From the human T2T-CHM13v2.0 reference genome, Homo sapiens: 64,000 nucleotides of DNA. Each line of letters starts with the position of its first letter. The stretch's first letter is position 1. The DNA lies in the NCBI RefSeq assembly GCF_009914755.1, contig NC_060933.1; one strand, given 5' to 3'. Made by a program: the position numbers and the translations under genes. This document shows positions 9,601 to 24,664 of this stretch, in pieces. The notes under the pieces were generated by a model. It searched no databases. It saw only the letters and a list, made by a program, of their open reading frames with translations, and was not told the DNA's origin.

Positions 9601-12600
9601 ATTCCATTCCATTCCGGATGATTCCATTCCATTGCATTCCATTCCATTCCATTCCCCTGCACTCGGGTTGATTCCATTCCATTCCATTCCATTCCATTCC
9701 ATTCCATTCCATTCCGTTCCAATCCATTCCATTCCATTCTATTCCGGTTAATTCCATTCCATTCCATTCGATTCCATTCCATTCCATTCCATTCCCCTGC
9801 ACTCGCGTTGATTCCATTCTATTCCATTCTATTCCATTCCATTCCCTTCCTTTCCTTTCCATTCCATTCCATTCCATTCCATTCCATTCCGTTCCGTTCC
9901 ATTCCATTCCATTCCATTCTATTCGGGTTAATTCCATTCAATTCCATTCGATTGCAACCAATTTTTTCCATTCCATTCCATTCCATTCCATTCCATTCCT
10001 TTCCATTCCATTACGGATGATTCCATTCCATTGCATTACATTCCAATCCATTCCCCTGTACTCGGGTTGATTCCATTCCATTCCATTCCAATCCATGCCC
10101 TTCAACTCTTGTTGATTCCATTCTTTCCATTCCATTCTAGTTGAATCCATTCCATTGCATTCCATTGCATTCCATTCCATTCGATTGCACTCGGGTTGAT
10201 TCCATTCCATTGCATTCCATTCCATTCCATTCCATTCCATTCCATTCCATTCCATTCCGTTCCATTCCATTCCATTACATTCGGATTGATTCTATTCAAC
10301 TCCCTTACTCTCCATTATATTCGATTCCATTCGGGTTGTTCCATTCCATTCCATTCCATTCCACTCCATTCCATTGCAGTCGGGTTGATTCCATTCCATT
10401 CCATTCCATTCCGGAAGATTCCATTACATTGCATTCCATTACATTCCATTCCCCTGCACTCGCGTTGATTCCATTCCTTTCCATTCCATTCCATTCCATT
10501 CCATTCCATTCCGTTTCGATCCATTCCATTCCATTCCATTCTATTCGGGTTAATTCCATTCCATTCCATTCGATTGCAATCGTGTTGATTCCATTCCATT
10601 CCATTCCATTCCATTCCATTCCTTTCCATTCCATTACGGATGATTCCATTCCATTGCATTCCATTCCATTCCATTCCCCTGTACTCGGGTTGATTCCATT
10701 CCATTGCATTCCAATCCATGCCCTTCCACTCGTGTTGATTCCATTCACTCCATTCCATTCAAGTTGAATCCATTCCATTGCATTCCATTCCATTTGATTC
10801 CATTCGATTGCACTCGGGTTGATTCCATTCCATTGCATTCCATTCCATTCCATTCCATTCCATTCCATTCCATTCCATTCCGTTCCATTCCATTCCTTTA
10901 CATTCGGATTGATTCTATTCAATTCCCTTACACTCCATTACATTCCATTCCATTCGGGTAGGTTCCATTCCATTCCATTCAATTCCTCTCCATTCCATTG
11001 CACTCGGGTTGATTCCATTCCATTGCATTCCATTCCATTACATTCAATTACATTCCGTTCCATTCCATTCCATTACATTCGGATTGATTCTATTCAACTC
11101 CCTTACTCTCCATTACATTCCATTCCATTCGGGTTGTTCCATTCCATTCCATTCCATTCCACTCCATTTCATTGCACTCGGGTTTATTCCATTCCATTCC
11201 ATTCCATTCCATTCCATTCCATTCCATTCCATTCCGGAAGATTCCATTCCATTGCATTCCATTCCATTCCATTCCCCTGCACTCGCGTTGATTCCATTCC
11301 ATTCCATTCCATTCCATTCCATTCCATTCCATTCCTTTCCGTTCCATTCCATTCCATTCCATTCCATTCCATTCCGTTCCGTTCCGTTCCGTTCCGTTCC
11401 ATTCCATTCCACTCCATTCTATTCGGGTTAATTCCATTCCATTCCATTCGATTGCAATCGAGTTGATTCCATTCCATTCCATTCCATTCCATTCTATTCC
11501 ATTCCATTCCATTCCTTTCCATTCCATTACGGATGATTCGATTCCATTGCATTCCATTCCATTCCATTCCCCTGTACTCGGGTTGATTCCATTCCATTCC
11601 ATTCCATTCCATTCTATTCCATTCCATTCCGTTCCATTCCGGAAGTTTCCATTCCATTGCATTCCATTCCATTCCATTCCCCTGCACTCGCGTTGATTCC
11701 ATTCCATTCCATTCCATTCCATTCCATTCCATTCCATTCCATTCCGATCCGTTCCATTCCATTCCATTCCTTTCCATTCCGTTCCGTTCCATTCCATTCC
11801 ATTCCATTCCATTCTATTCGGGTTAATTCCATTCCATTCCACTCGATTGCAATCGAGTTGATTCCATTCCATTCCATTCCATTTCATTGCATTCCATTCC
11901 TTTCCATTCCATTCCTTTCCATTCCATTACGGATGATTCTATTCCATTGCATTCCATTCCATTCCATTCCCCTGTACTCGGGTTCATTCCATTCCATTCC
12001 ATTCCAATCCATGCCATTCCACTCGTGTTGATTCCATTCTTTCCATTCCATTCAAGTTGAATCCATTCCATTGCATTCCATTCCATTCCATTCCCCTGCT
12101 GTCGGGTTGTTTCCATTCCATTCCATTCCATTCCATTCCATTCCATTCCATTCCGTTCCGTTCCATTCCATTCCATTCTATTCGGGTTAATTCCATTCCA
12201 TTCCATTCCATTCCATTCCATTCCATTCCAATCGAGTTGATTCCATTCCATTCTATTCCATTCCATTCCACTCCATTCCAGTCCTTTCCATTCCATTCCA
12301 CTCGGGTTGATTCCAATGTATTCCTTTCCATTCCATTCCATTCCATTGCAATCGAGTTGATTCCATTGCTTTGCATTCCATTTCATTCCATTCCATTCCG
12401 GATGATTCCATTCCATTGCATTCCATTCCATTCCATTCCCCTGCACTCGGGTTGATTCCATTCCATTCCACTCCATTCCGTTCCATTCCATTCCATTCCA
12501 TTGTATTCGAGTTAATTCCATTCCATTCCATTCCATTCCATTCCATTCCATTCCATTACAATCGAGTTGATTCCATTCCATTCCATTCCATTCCATTCCA

Positions 12601-15600
12601 TTCCATTCCATTCCAGTCCTTTCCATTCCATTCCACTCGGGTTGATTCCATTCTATTAGTTTCCATTCCATTCCATTCCCTTCCATTCCACTCTGGTTGA
12701 TTCCATTCCTTTCCATTCCACTCGAATACATTCCCTCCTATTCCACTCGGAACGATTCCATTCCATTCCATTCCATTCCATTCCATTCCATTCCATTCCA
12801 TTCCATTTCGTTCCATTCCATTCTATTCCGTATCATTCCATTCCATTCCATTTCATTCCATTCCATTCCATTCCACTCGTGTTGATTCCATTCCTTTCCA
12901 TTCCGTTCGGTTTGAAGGCATTCCATTCCATTCCATTCCATTCCATTCCATTCCATTCCATTGTACTCGGTTTGATTGCATTCCATTGCATTCCATTCCA
13001 TTCCATTCCGTTGCATTCCATTCCATTGCATTCGGATTGATTCTATTCAACTCCCTTACTCTCTATTACGTTCCATTCCATTCGGGTTGTTCCATTCCAT
13101 TCCATTCCATTCCACTCCATTCCATTGCACTCGGGTTGATTCCATTCCATTCCATTCCATTCCATTCCATTCCATTCCGGATGATTCCATTCCATTACAT
13201 TCCGTTCCATTACATTCCCCTGCACTCGCGTTGATTCCATTCCATTGCATTCCATTCCATTCCATTCCATTCCGTTCCGTTCCGTTCCATTCCATTCCTT
13301 TGCATTCCATTCCATTCCGTTCCGTTCCATTCCATTCCATTCCCTTCTATTCGGGTTAATTCCATTCCATTCCATTCGATTGCAATCGAGTTGATTCCAT
13401 TCCATTCCATTCCATTCCATTGCATTCCTTTCCATTCCATTCCTTTCCATTCCATTACGGATGATTCCATTCCATTGCATTCCATTCCATTACATTCCTC
13501 TGCACTCGGGTTGATTCCATTCCATTCCATTCCATTCCATTCAATTCCATTCTATTACAATTCGTTCCATTCCATTCTATTCCGTACCATTCCATTCCAT
13601 TCCATACAATTCCATTCCATTCCATTCCATTCCATTCCATTCCGTTCCATTCCGTTCCATTCCATTCCATTCCATTCGGGTTAATTCCATTCCATTCCAT
13701 TCCATTCCATTCTATTCCATTCCATTGCAATCGAGTTGAATCCATTGCATTTCATTCCATTCCATTCCATTCCGGAAGATTCCATTCCATTGCATTCGAT
13801 TCCATTCCATTCACCTGCACTCGCGTTGATTCCATTCCATTCCATTGCATTCCATTCCATTCCGTTCCGTTCCGTTCCGTTCCATTCCATTCCATTCCAT
13901 TCCATTCCATTCCGTTCCGTTCCATTCCATTCCATTCCATTCTATTCGGGTTAATTCCATTCCATTCCATTCGATTGCAATCGTGTTGATTCCATTCCAT
14001 TCCATTCCATTCCATTCCATTCCATTCCATTCCATTCCTTTCCATTCCATTACGGATGATTCCATTCCATTGCATTCCATTCCATTCCATTCCCCTGTAC
14101 TCGGGTTGATTCCATTCCATTGCATTCCAATCCATGCCCTTCTACTCGTGTTGATTCCATTCTTTCCATTCCATTCAAGTTGAATCCATTCCATTGCAAT
14201 CCATTCCATTCGATTCCATTCGATTGCACTCGGGTTGATTCCATTCCATTGCATTCCATTCCATTCCATTCCATTCCATTCCATTCCATTCCGTTCCATT
14301 CCATTCCATTACATTCGGATTGATTCTATTCAATTCCCTTACACTCCATTACATTCCATTCCATTCGGGTAGTTTCCATTCCATTCCATTCCATTCCTCT
14401 CCATTCCATTGCACTCGGGTTGATTCCATTCCATTGCATTCCATTCCATTCCATTCAATTCCATTCCGTTCCATTCCACTCCATTACATTCGGATTGATT
14501 CTATTCAACTCCCTTACTCTCCATTACATTCCATTCCATTAGGGCTGTTCCATTCCATTCCATTGCATTCCACTCCATTCCATTGCACTCGGGTTTATTC
14601 CATTCCATTCCATTCCATTCCATTTCATTCCGTTCCATTCCGGAAGATTCCATTCCATTGCATTCCATTCCATTCCATTCCCCTGCACTCGCGTTGATTC
14701 CATTCCATTCCATTCCATTCCATTCCATTCCATTCCATTCCTTTCCGTTCCATTCCATTCCATTCCATTCCATTCCATTCCATTCCATTCCGTTCCATTC
14801 CGTTCCATTCCATTCCATTCCATTCTATTCGGGTTAATTCCATTCCATTCCACTCGATTGCAATCGAGTTGATTCCATTCCATTCCATTCCATTCCATTG
14901 CATTCCATTCCTTTCCATTCCATTCCTTTCCATTCCATTACGGATGATTCTATTCCATTGCATTCCATTCCATTCCATTCCCCTGTACTCGGGTTCATTC
15001 CATTCCATTCCATTCCAATCCATGCCATTCCACTCGTGTTGATTCCATTCTTTCCTTTCCATTCAAGTTGAATCCATTCCATTGCATTCCATTCCATTCC
15101 ATTCCCCTGCAGTCGGGTTGATTCCATTCCATTCCATTCCATTCCATTCCATTCCATTCCGTTACGTTCCGTTCCATTCCATTCCATTCCATTCTATTCG
15201 GGTTAATTCCATTCCATTCCGTTTCGTTCCGTTCCATTCCATTCCATTCCATTCTATTCGGGTTAATTCCATTCCATTCCATTCCATTCCATTCCATTCC
15301 AATTGAGTTGATTCCATTCCATTCTATTCCATTCCATTCCATTCCATTTCGTTCCATTCCATTCTATTCCGTATCATTCCATTCCATTCCATTTCATTCC
15401 ATTCCATTCCATTCCACTCGTGTTGATTCCATTCCTTTCCATTCCATTCGGTTTGAAGGCATTCCATTCCATTCCATTCCATTCCATTCCATTCCATTCC
15501 ATTCCGTTCCATTCCATTCCATTCCATTGTACTCGGGATGATTGCATTCCAATGCATTCCATTCCATTCCATTCCGTTGCATTCCATTCCATTACATTCG

Positions 15601-17675
15601 GATTGATTCTATTCAACTCCCTTACTCTCCATTACGTTCCATTCCATTCGGGTTGTTCCATTCCATTCCATTCCATTCCACTCCATTCCATTGCACTCGG
15701 GTTGATTCCATTCCATTCCATTCCATTCCATTCCATTCCATTCCATTCCATTCCGGATGATTCCATTCCATTACATTCCGTTCCATTACATTCCCCTGCA
15801 CTCGCGTTGATTCCATTCCATTCCATTCCGTTCCATTCCATTCCATTCCATTCCATTCCATTCCGTTCCTTTCCATTCCGTTCCATTCCATTCTATTCGG
15901 GTTAATTCCATTCCATTCCATTCGATTGCAATCGAGTTGATTCCATTCCATTGCATTCCATTCCATTCGATTCCATTCGATTGCACTAGGGTTGATTCCA
16001 TTCCATTGCATTCCATTCCATTCCATTCCATTCCATTCAGTTCCATTCCTTTCCATTACATTCGCATTGATTCTATTCAATTCCCTTACACTCCATTACA
16101 TTCCATTCCATTCGGGTAGTTTCCACTCCATTCCATTCCATTCCTCTCCATTCCATTGCATTCGGGTTGATTCCATTCCATTGCATTCCATTCCATTCCA
16201 TTCAATTCCATTCCGTTCCATTCCATTCCATTCCATTACATTCGGATTGATTCTATTCAACTCCCTTATACTCCATTACATTCCATTCCATTCGGGTTGT
16301 TCCATTCCATTCCATTCCATTCCACTCGGTTTGATTCCATTCCATTCCATTCCATTCCATTCCGGAAGATTCCATTCCATTGCATTCCATTACATTCCAT
16401 TCCCCTGCACTCGCGTTGATTCCATTCCATTCCATTCCATTCCATTCCATTCCATTCCGTTCCGTTCCATTCCATTCCATTCCATTCCATTCCATTCCGT
16501 TACGTTCCATTCCATTCCATTCCATTCTATTCGGGTTAATTCCATTCCATTCCATTCCATTCCATTCCATTGCGGAAGATTCCATTCCATTGCATTCCAT
16601 TCCATTCCATTCCCCTGCACTCGCGTTGATTCCATTCCATTCCATTCCATTCCATTCCATTCCATTCCATTCCTTTCCGTTCCATTCCATTGCATTCCAT
16701 TCCATTCCGTTCCGTTCCCTTCCGTTCCGTTCCATTCCATTCCATACCATTCTATTCGGGTTAATTCCATTCCATTCCATTCGACTGCAATCGACTTGAT
16801 TCCATTCCATTCCATTCCATTCCATTCCATTCCATTGCATTCCATTCCTTTCCATTCCATTACGGATGATTCCATTCCATTGCATTCCATTCCATTCCAT
16901 TCCCCTGTACTCGGGTTGATTCCATTCCATTCCATTCCAATCCATGCCTTTCCACTCGTGTTGATTCCATTCTTTCCATTCCATTCAAGTTGAATCCATT
17001 CCATTGCATTCCATTCAATTCCATTCCACTGCAGTCGGGTTGATTCCATTCCATTCCATTCCATTCCATTCCATTCCGTTCCGTTCCGTTCCGTTCCGTT
17101 CCATTCCATTCCATTCCATTCCAATCTATTCGGGTTAATTCCATTCCATTCCATTCCATTCCATTCCATTTCAATCGAGTTGATTCCATTCCATTCCATT
17201 CCATTCCATTCCACTCCATTCCAGTCCTTTCCATTCCATTCCACTCGGGCTGATTCCAATGTATTCCTTTCCATTCCATTCCATTCCATTGCAATCGAGT
17301 TGATTCCATTGCTTTGCATTCCATTCCATTCCATTCCATTCCGGATGATTCCATTCCATTGCATTTCATTCCATTCCATTCCCCTGCACTCGGGTTGATT
17401 CCATTCCATTCCACTCCATTCCGTTCCATTCCATTGCATTCCATTGTATTCGGGTTAATTCCATTCCATTCCATTCCATTCCATTCCATTCCATTCCATT
17501 CCATTCCATCACAATCGAGTTGGTTCCATTCCATTCCATTCCATTCCATTCCATTCCATTCCATTCCGGATGATTCCATTGCATTAAATTCCGTTCCATT
17601 ACATTCCCCTGCACTCGGGTTGATTCCATTCCATTCCATTCCATTCCATTCGATTCCATTCCATTCCAATTCTTT

Positions 17676-18381
17676 CCATTCCATTCTATTCCGTACCATT
17701 CCATTCCATTCCATACCATTCCATTCCATTCCATTCCATTCCGTTCCGTTCCGTTCCGTTCCATTCCATTCCATTCTATTTTATTCGGGTTAATTCCATT
17801 CCATTCCATTCTATTCCATTCCATTGCAATCGAGTTGAATCCATTGCATTCCATTCCATTCCATTCCGGAAGATTCCATTCCATTGCATTCCATTCCATT
17901 CCATTCCCCTGCACTCGCGTTGATTCCATTCCATTCCATTCCATTCCATTCCATTCCGTTCCGTTCCGTTCCATTCGATTCCATTCCATTCCGTTCCGTT
18001 CCGTTCCGTTCCATTCCATTCCATTCTATTCCGTACCATTCCATTCCATTCCATACCATTCCATTCCATTCCATTCCATTCCGTTCCGTTCCGTTCCGTT
18101 CCATTCCATTCCATTCTATTTTATTCGGGTTAATTCCATTCCATTCCATTCCATTCCATTCTATTCCATTCCATTGCAATCGAGTTGAATCCATTGCATT
18201 CCATTCCATTCCATTCCGGAAGATTCCATTCCATTGCATTCCATTCCATTCCATTCCCCTGCACTCGCGTTGATTCCATTCCATTCCATTCCATTCCATT
18301 CCATTCCGTTCCGTTCCGTTCCATTCGATTCCATTCCATTCCGTTCCGTTCCGTTCCGTTCCATTCCATTCCATTCTATTC
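17676..18381 (-). repeat. Local tandem duplication, unit 340-350 bp, 2 copies
   Basis: Private variant CTATTTTATTCGGG, with TTATTCGGGT at 17781 and 18121; CGAGTTGAAT at 17831 and 18181. Confidence 0.88.
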
Positions 18382-21300
18382 GGGTTAATTCCATTCCATT
18401 CCATTCGATTGCAATCGAGTTGATTCCATTCCATTCCATTCCATTCCATTCCATTCCATTCCTTTCCATTCCATTACGGATGATTCCATTCCATTGCAAT
18501 ACATTCCATTCCATTCCCCTGTACTCGGGTTGATTCCATTCCATTCCATTCCATTCCATTCTATTCCATTCCATTCCATTCCATTCCGGAAGATTCCATT
18601 CCATTGCATTCCATTCCATTCCATTCCCCTGCACTCGCGTTGATTCCATTCCATTCCATTCCATTCCATTCCATTCCATTCCGTTCCGTTCCGTTCCATT
18701 CCATTCCATTCCATTCCATTCCATTCCGTTCCGTTCCATTCCATTCCATTCCATTCTATTCGGGTTAATTCCATTCCATTCCATTCGATTGTAATCGTGT
18801 TGATTCCATTCCATTACATTCCATTCCATTCCATTCCTTTCCATTCCATTACGGATGATTCCATTCCATTGCATTCCATTCCATTCCATTCCCCTGTACT
18901 CGGGTTGATTCCATTCCATTGCATTCCAATCCATGCCCTTCCACTCGTGTTGATTCCATTCTTTCCATTCCATTCAAGTTGAATCCATTCCATTGCATTC
19001 CATTCAATTTGATTCCATTCGATTGCACTCGGGTTGATTCCATTCCATTGCATTCCATTCCATTCCATTCCATTCCGTTCTATTCCATTCCATTACATTC
19101 GGATTGATTCTATTCAACTCCCTTACTCTCCATTACATTCCATTCCATTCGGGTTGTTCCATTCCATTCCATTCCATTCCACTCCATTCCATTGCACTCG
19201 GGTTGATTCCATTCCTTTCCATTCCATTCCATTCCATTCCGGATGATTACATTCCATTGCATTCCGTTCCATTACATTCCCTTGCACTCGCGTTGATTCC
19301 ATTCCATTCCATTCCATTCCATTCAATTCCAATCCATTAAAATTCGTTCCATTCTATTCTATTCCGTACCATTCCATTCCATTCCATGCCATTCCATTCC
19401 ACTCCATTCCATTCCATTCCGTTCCATTCCGTTCCATTCCATTCCATTCCATTCTATTCGGATTAATTCCATTCCATTCCATTCCATTCCATTCTATTCC
19501 ATTGCATTGCAATCGAGTTGAATCCATTGCATTTCATTCCATTCCATTCCATTCCATTCCATTCCATTCCGGAAGTTTCCATTCCATTGCATTCCATTCC
19601 ATTCCATTCCCCTGCACTCGCGTTGATTCCATTCCATTCCATTCCATTCCATTCCGTTCCGCTCCATTCCATTCCATTCCATTCCTTTCCGTTCCATTCC
19701 AGTCCATTCCATTCTATTCGGGTTAATTCCATTCCATTCCATTCGATTGCAATCGAGTTGATTCCATTCCATTCCATTCCATTCCATTCCATTCCATTCC
19801 ATTCCATTCCATTCCTTTCCGTTACATTCCATTCCATTCCATTCCATTCCATTCCATTCCGTTCCGTTCCGTTCCATTCCATTCCATTCCATTCTATTCG
19901 GGTTAATTCCATTCCATTCCATTCGATTGCAATTGAGTTGATTCCATTCCATTCAATTCCATTCCATTCCATTCCATTCCTTTCCATTCCATTACGGATG
20001 ATTCCATTCCATTGCATTCCATTCCATTCCATTCCCCCGTACTCGGGTTGATTCCATTCCATTCCATTCCAATCCATGCCATTCCACTCGTGTTGATTCC
20101 ATTCTTTCCATTCCATTCAAGTTGAATCCATTCCATTGCATTCCATTCCATTCCATTCCCCTGCAGTCGAGTTGATTCCATTCCATTCCATTCCATTCCA
20201 TTCCATTCCATTCCATTCCGTTCCGATCCATTCCATTCCATTCCATTCTATTCGGGTTAATTCCATTCCATTCCATTCCATTCCATTCCATTCCAATCGA
20301 GTTGATTCCATTCCATTCCATTCCATTCCATTCCACTCCATTCCAGTCCTTTCCATTCCATTCCACTCGGGTTGATTCCAATGTATTCCTTTCCATTCCA
20401 TTCCATTCCATTGCAATCGAGTTGATTCCATTGCTTTGCATTCCATTCCATTCCATTCCATTCCAGATGATTCCATTCCATTGCATTCTATTCCATTCCA
20501 TTCCCCTGTACTCGGGTTGATTCCATTCCATTCCACTCCATTCCGTTCCATTCCATTCCATTCCATTGTATTCGGGTTAATTCCATTCCATTCCATTCCA
20601 TTCCATTCCATTCCATTACAATCGAGTTGATTCCATTCCATTCCATTCCATTCCATTCCATTCCAGTCCTTTCCATTCCATTCCACTCGGGTTGATTCCA
20701 TTCTATTAGTTTCCATTCCATTCCATTCCCTTCCATTCCACTCTGGTTGATTCCATTCCTTTCCATTCCACTCGAATACATTCCCTCCTATTCCACTCGG
20801 AACGATTCCATTCCATTCCATTCCATTCCATTCCATTCCATTCCATTTCGTTCCATTCCATTCTATTCCGTATCATTCCATTCCATTCCGTTCCATTCCA
20901 TTCCATTCCATTCCACTCGTGTTGATTCCATTCCTTTCCATTCCATTCGGTTTGAAGGCATTCCATTCCATTCCATTCCATTCCATTCCATTCCATTCCA
21001 TTCCATTGTACTCGGGTTGATTCCATTCCATTGCATTCCATTCCATTCCATTCCATTCCATTCCGTTGCATTCCATTCCATTACATTCGGATTGATTCTA
21101 TTCAAATCCCTTACTCTGCATTACATTCCATTCCATACGGGTTGTTCCATTCCATTCCATTCCATTCCACTCCATTCCATTGCACTAGGGTTGATTCCAT
21201 TCCATTCCATTCCATTCCATTCCGGATGATTCCATTCCATTGCATTCCGTTCCATTACATTCCCCTGCACTCGCGTTCATACCATTCCATTCCATTCCAT

Positions 21301-24300
21301 TCAATTCTATTCCATTACAATTCGTTGCATTCCATTCTATTCCGTACCATTCCATTCCATTCCATACCATTCCATTCCATTCCATTCCATTCCATTCCAT
21401 TCCATTCCATTGCATTCCATTCCATTCCATTCCATTCCATTCCATTCCATTCCATTCCGTTCCGTTCCATTCCTTTCCATTCCATTCTATTCGGGTTAAT
21501 TCCATTCCATTCCATTCGATTGCAATCGAGTTGATTCCATTCCATTCCATTCCATTCCATTCCATTCCTTTCCATTCCATTACGGATGATTCCATTCCAT
21601 TGCATTCCATTCCATTCCATTCCCCTGTACTCGGGTTGATTCCATTCCATTCCATTCCAATCCATGACATTCCACTCGTGTTGATTCCATTCTTTCCATT
21701 CCATTCAAGTTGAATCCATTCCATTGCATTCCATTCCATTCCATTCCCCTGCAGTCGGGTTGTTTCCATTCCATTCCATTCCATTCCATTCCATTCCATT
21801 CCATTCCGTTCCGTTCCATTCCATTCCATTCCATTCTATTCGGGTTAATTCCATTTCATTCCATTCCATTCCATTCCATTCCATTCCAATCGAGTTGATT
21901 CCATTCCATTCCATTCCATTCCATTCCACTCCATTCCAAGATATTCCTTTCCATTCCATTCCATTCCATTGCAATCGAGTTGATTCCATTGCTTTGCATT
22001 CCATTCCATTCCATTCCATTCCGGATGATTCCATTCCATTGCATTCCATTGCATTCCATTCCCCTGCACTCGGGTTGATTCCATTCCATTCCACTCCATT
22101 CCGTTCCATTCCATTCCATTCCATTGTATTCGGGTTAATTCCATTCCATTCCATTCCATTCCATTCCATTCCATTCCATTACAATCGAGTTGATTCCATT
22201 CCATTCCATTCCATTCCAGTCCTTTCCATTCTATTCCTCTCGGGTTGATTCCATTCTATTAGTTTCCATTCCATTCCATTCCCTTCCATTCCACTCTGGT
22301 TGATTCCATTCCTTTCCATTCCACTCGAATACACTCCCTCCTATTCCACTCAGAACGATTCCATTCCATTCCATTCCATTCCATTCCATTCCATTTCGTT
22401 CCATTCCATTCTATTCCGTATCATTCCATTCCATTCCATTCCATTCCATTCCATTCCTTTCCATTCCTTTCCATTGTACTCGGGTTGATACCATTCCATT
22501 GCGTTCCATTCCATTCCATTCCATTCCATTACGTTGCATTCCATTCCATTACATTCGGATTGATTCTATTCAACTCCCTTACTCTCCATTACATTCCATT
22601 CCATTCGGGTTGTTCCATTCCATTCCATTCCATTCCACTCCATTCCATTGCACTCGGGTTTATTCCATTCCATTCCATTCCATTCCATTCCATTCCATTC
22701 CGGAAGATTCCATTCCATTGCATTCCATTCCATTCCATTCCCCTGCACTCGCGTTGATTCCATTCCATTCCATTCCATTCCATTCCATTCCATTCCATTC
22801 CTTTCCCTTCCATTCCATTCCATTCCATTCCACTCCAATCCGTTCCATTCCGTTCCGTTCTGTTCCATTCCATTCCATTCCATTCTATTCGGGTTAATTC
22901 CATTCCATTCCATTCGATTGCAATCGAGTTGATTCCATTCCAATCTATTCCATTCCATTCCATTCCTTTCCATTCCATTACGGATGATTCCATTCCATTG
23001 CATTCCATTCCATTCCATTCCCCTGTACTCGGGTTGATTCCATTCCATCCCATTCCAATCCATGCCATTCCACTCGTGTTGATTCCATTCTTTCCATTCC
23101 ATTCAAGTTGAATCCATTCCATTGCATTCCATTCCATTCCATTACCCTGCAGTCGGGTTGATTCCATTCCATTCCATTCCATTACATTCCATTCCATTGC
23201 ATTCCGTTCCGTTCCATTCCATTCCATTCCATTCTATTCGGGTTAATTCCATTCCATTCCATTCCATTCCATTCCAATCGAGTTGATTCCATTCCATTCC
23301 ATTCCACTCCATTCCAGTCCTTTCCATTCCATTCCACTCGGGTTGATTCCAATGTATTCCTTTCCATTCCATTCCATTCCATTGCAATCGAGTTGATTCC
23401 ATTGCTTTGCATTCCATTCCATTCCATTCCATTCCGGATGATTCCATTCCATTGCATTCCATTCCATTCCATTCCCCTGCACTCGGGTTGATTCCATTCC
23501 ATTCCACTCCATTCCGTTCCATTCCATTCCATTCCATTGTATTCGGGTTAATTCCATTCCATTCCATTCCATTCCATTCCATTCCATTACAATCGAGTTG
23601 ATTCCATTCCATTCCATTCAATTCCAGTCATTTCCATTCCATTCCACTCGGGTTGATTCCATTCTATTAGTTTCCATTCCATTCCATTCCCTTCCATTCC
23701 ACTCTGGTTGATACCATTCCTTTCCATTCCACTCGAATACATTCCCTCCTATACCACTCGGAATGATTCCATTCCATTCCATTCCATTCCATTCCATTTC
23801 GTTCCATTCCATTCTATTCCGTATCATTCCATTCCATTCCATTCCATTCCATTCCATTCCATTCCATTCCATTCCATTCCATTGTACTCGGGTTGATTCA
23901 ATTCCATTGCATTCCATTCCATTCCATTCCATTCAATTCCATTCCATTACAATTCGTTCCATTCCATTCTATTCCGTACCATTCCATTCCATTCCATACC
24001 ATTCCATTCCACTCCATTCCATTCCATTCCGTTCCATTCCGTTCCATTCCATTCCATTCCATTCTATTCGGATTAATTCCATTCCATTCCATTCCATTCC
24101 ATTCTATTCCATTCCATTGCAATCGAGTTGAATCCATTGCATTTCATTCCATTCCATTCCATTCCATTCCATTCCGGAAGATTCCATTCCATTGCATTGC
24201 ATTCCATTCCATTCCCCTGCACTCGCGTTGATTCCATTCCATTCCATCCCATTCCATTCCATTCCATTCCATTCCGTTCCGTTCCGTTCCATTCCATTCC

Positions 24301-24664
24301 ATTCCATTCCATTCCATTCCGTTCCGTTCCGTTCCATTCCATTCCATTCCATTCTATTCGGGTTAATTCCATTCCGTTCCATTCGATTGCAATCGAGTTG
24401 ATTCCATTCCATTCCATTCCTTTCCATTCCATTACGGATGATTCCATTCCATTGCATTCCATTCCATTCCATTCCCCTGTACTCGGGTTGATTCCATTCC
24501 ATTCCATTCCAATCCATGCCATTCCACTCGTGTTGATTCCATTCTTTCCATTCCATTCAAGTTGAATCCATTCCATTGCATTCCATTCCATTCGATTCCA
24601 TTCGATTGCACTCGGGTTGATTCCATTCCATTGCATTCCATTCCATTCCATTCCATTCCATTCC

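Noticed and set aside
9958-9968. Retrotransposon poly(A) remnant
   Set aside because: Only six T, with no target-site duplication or element body; kept only as a micro-scar.
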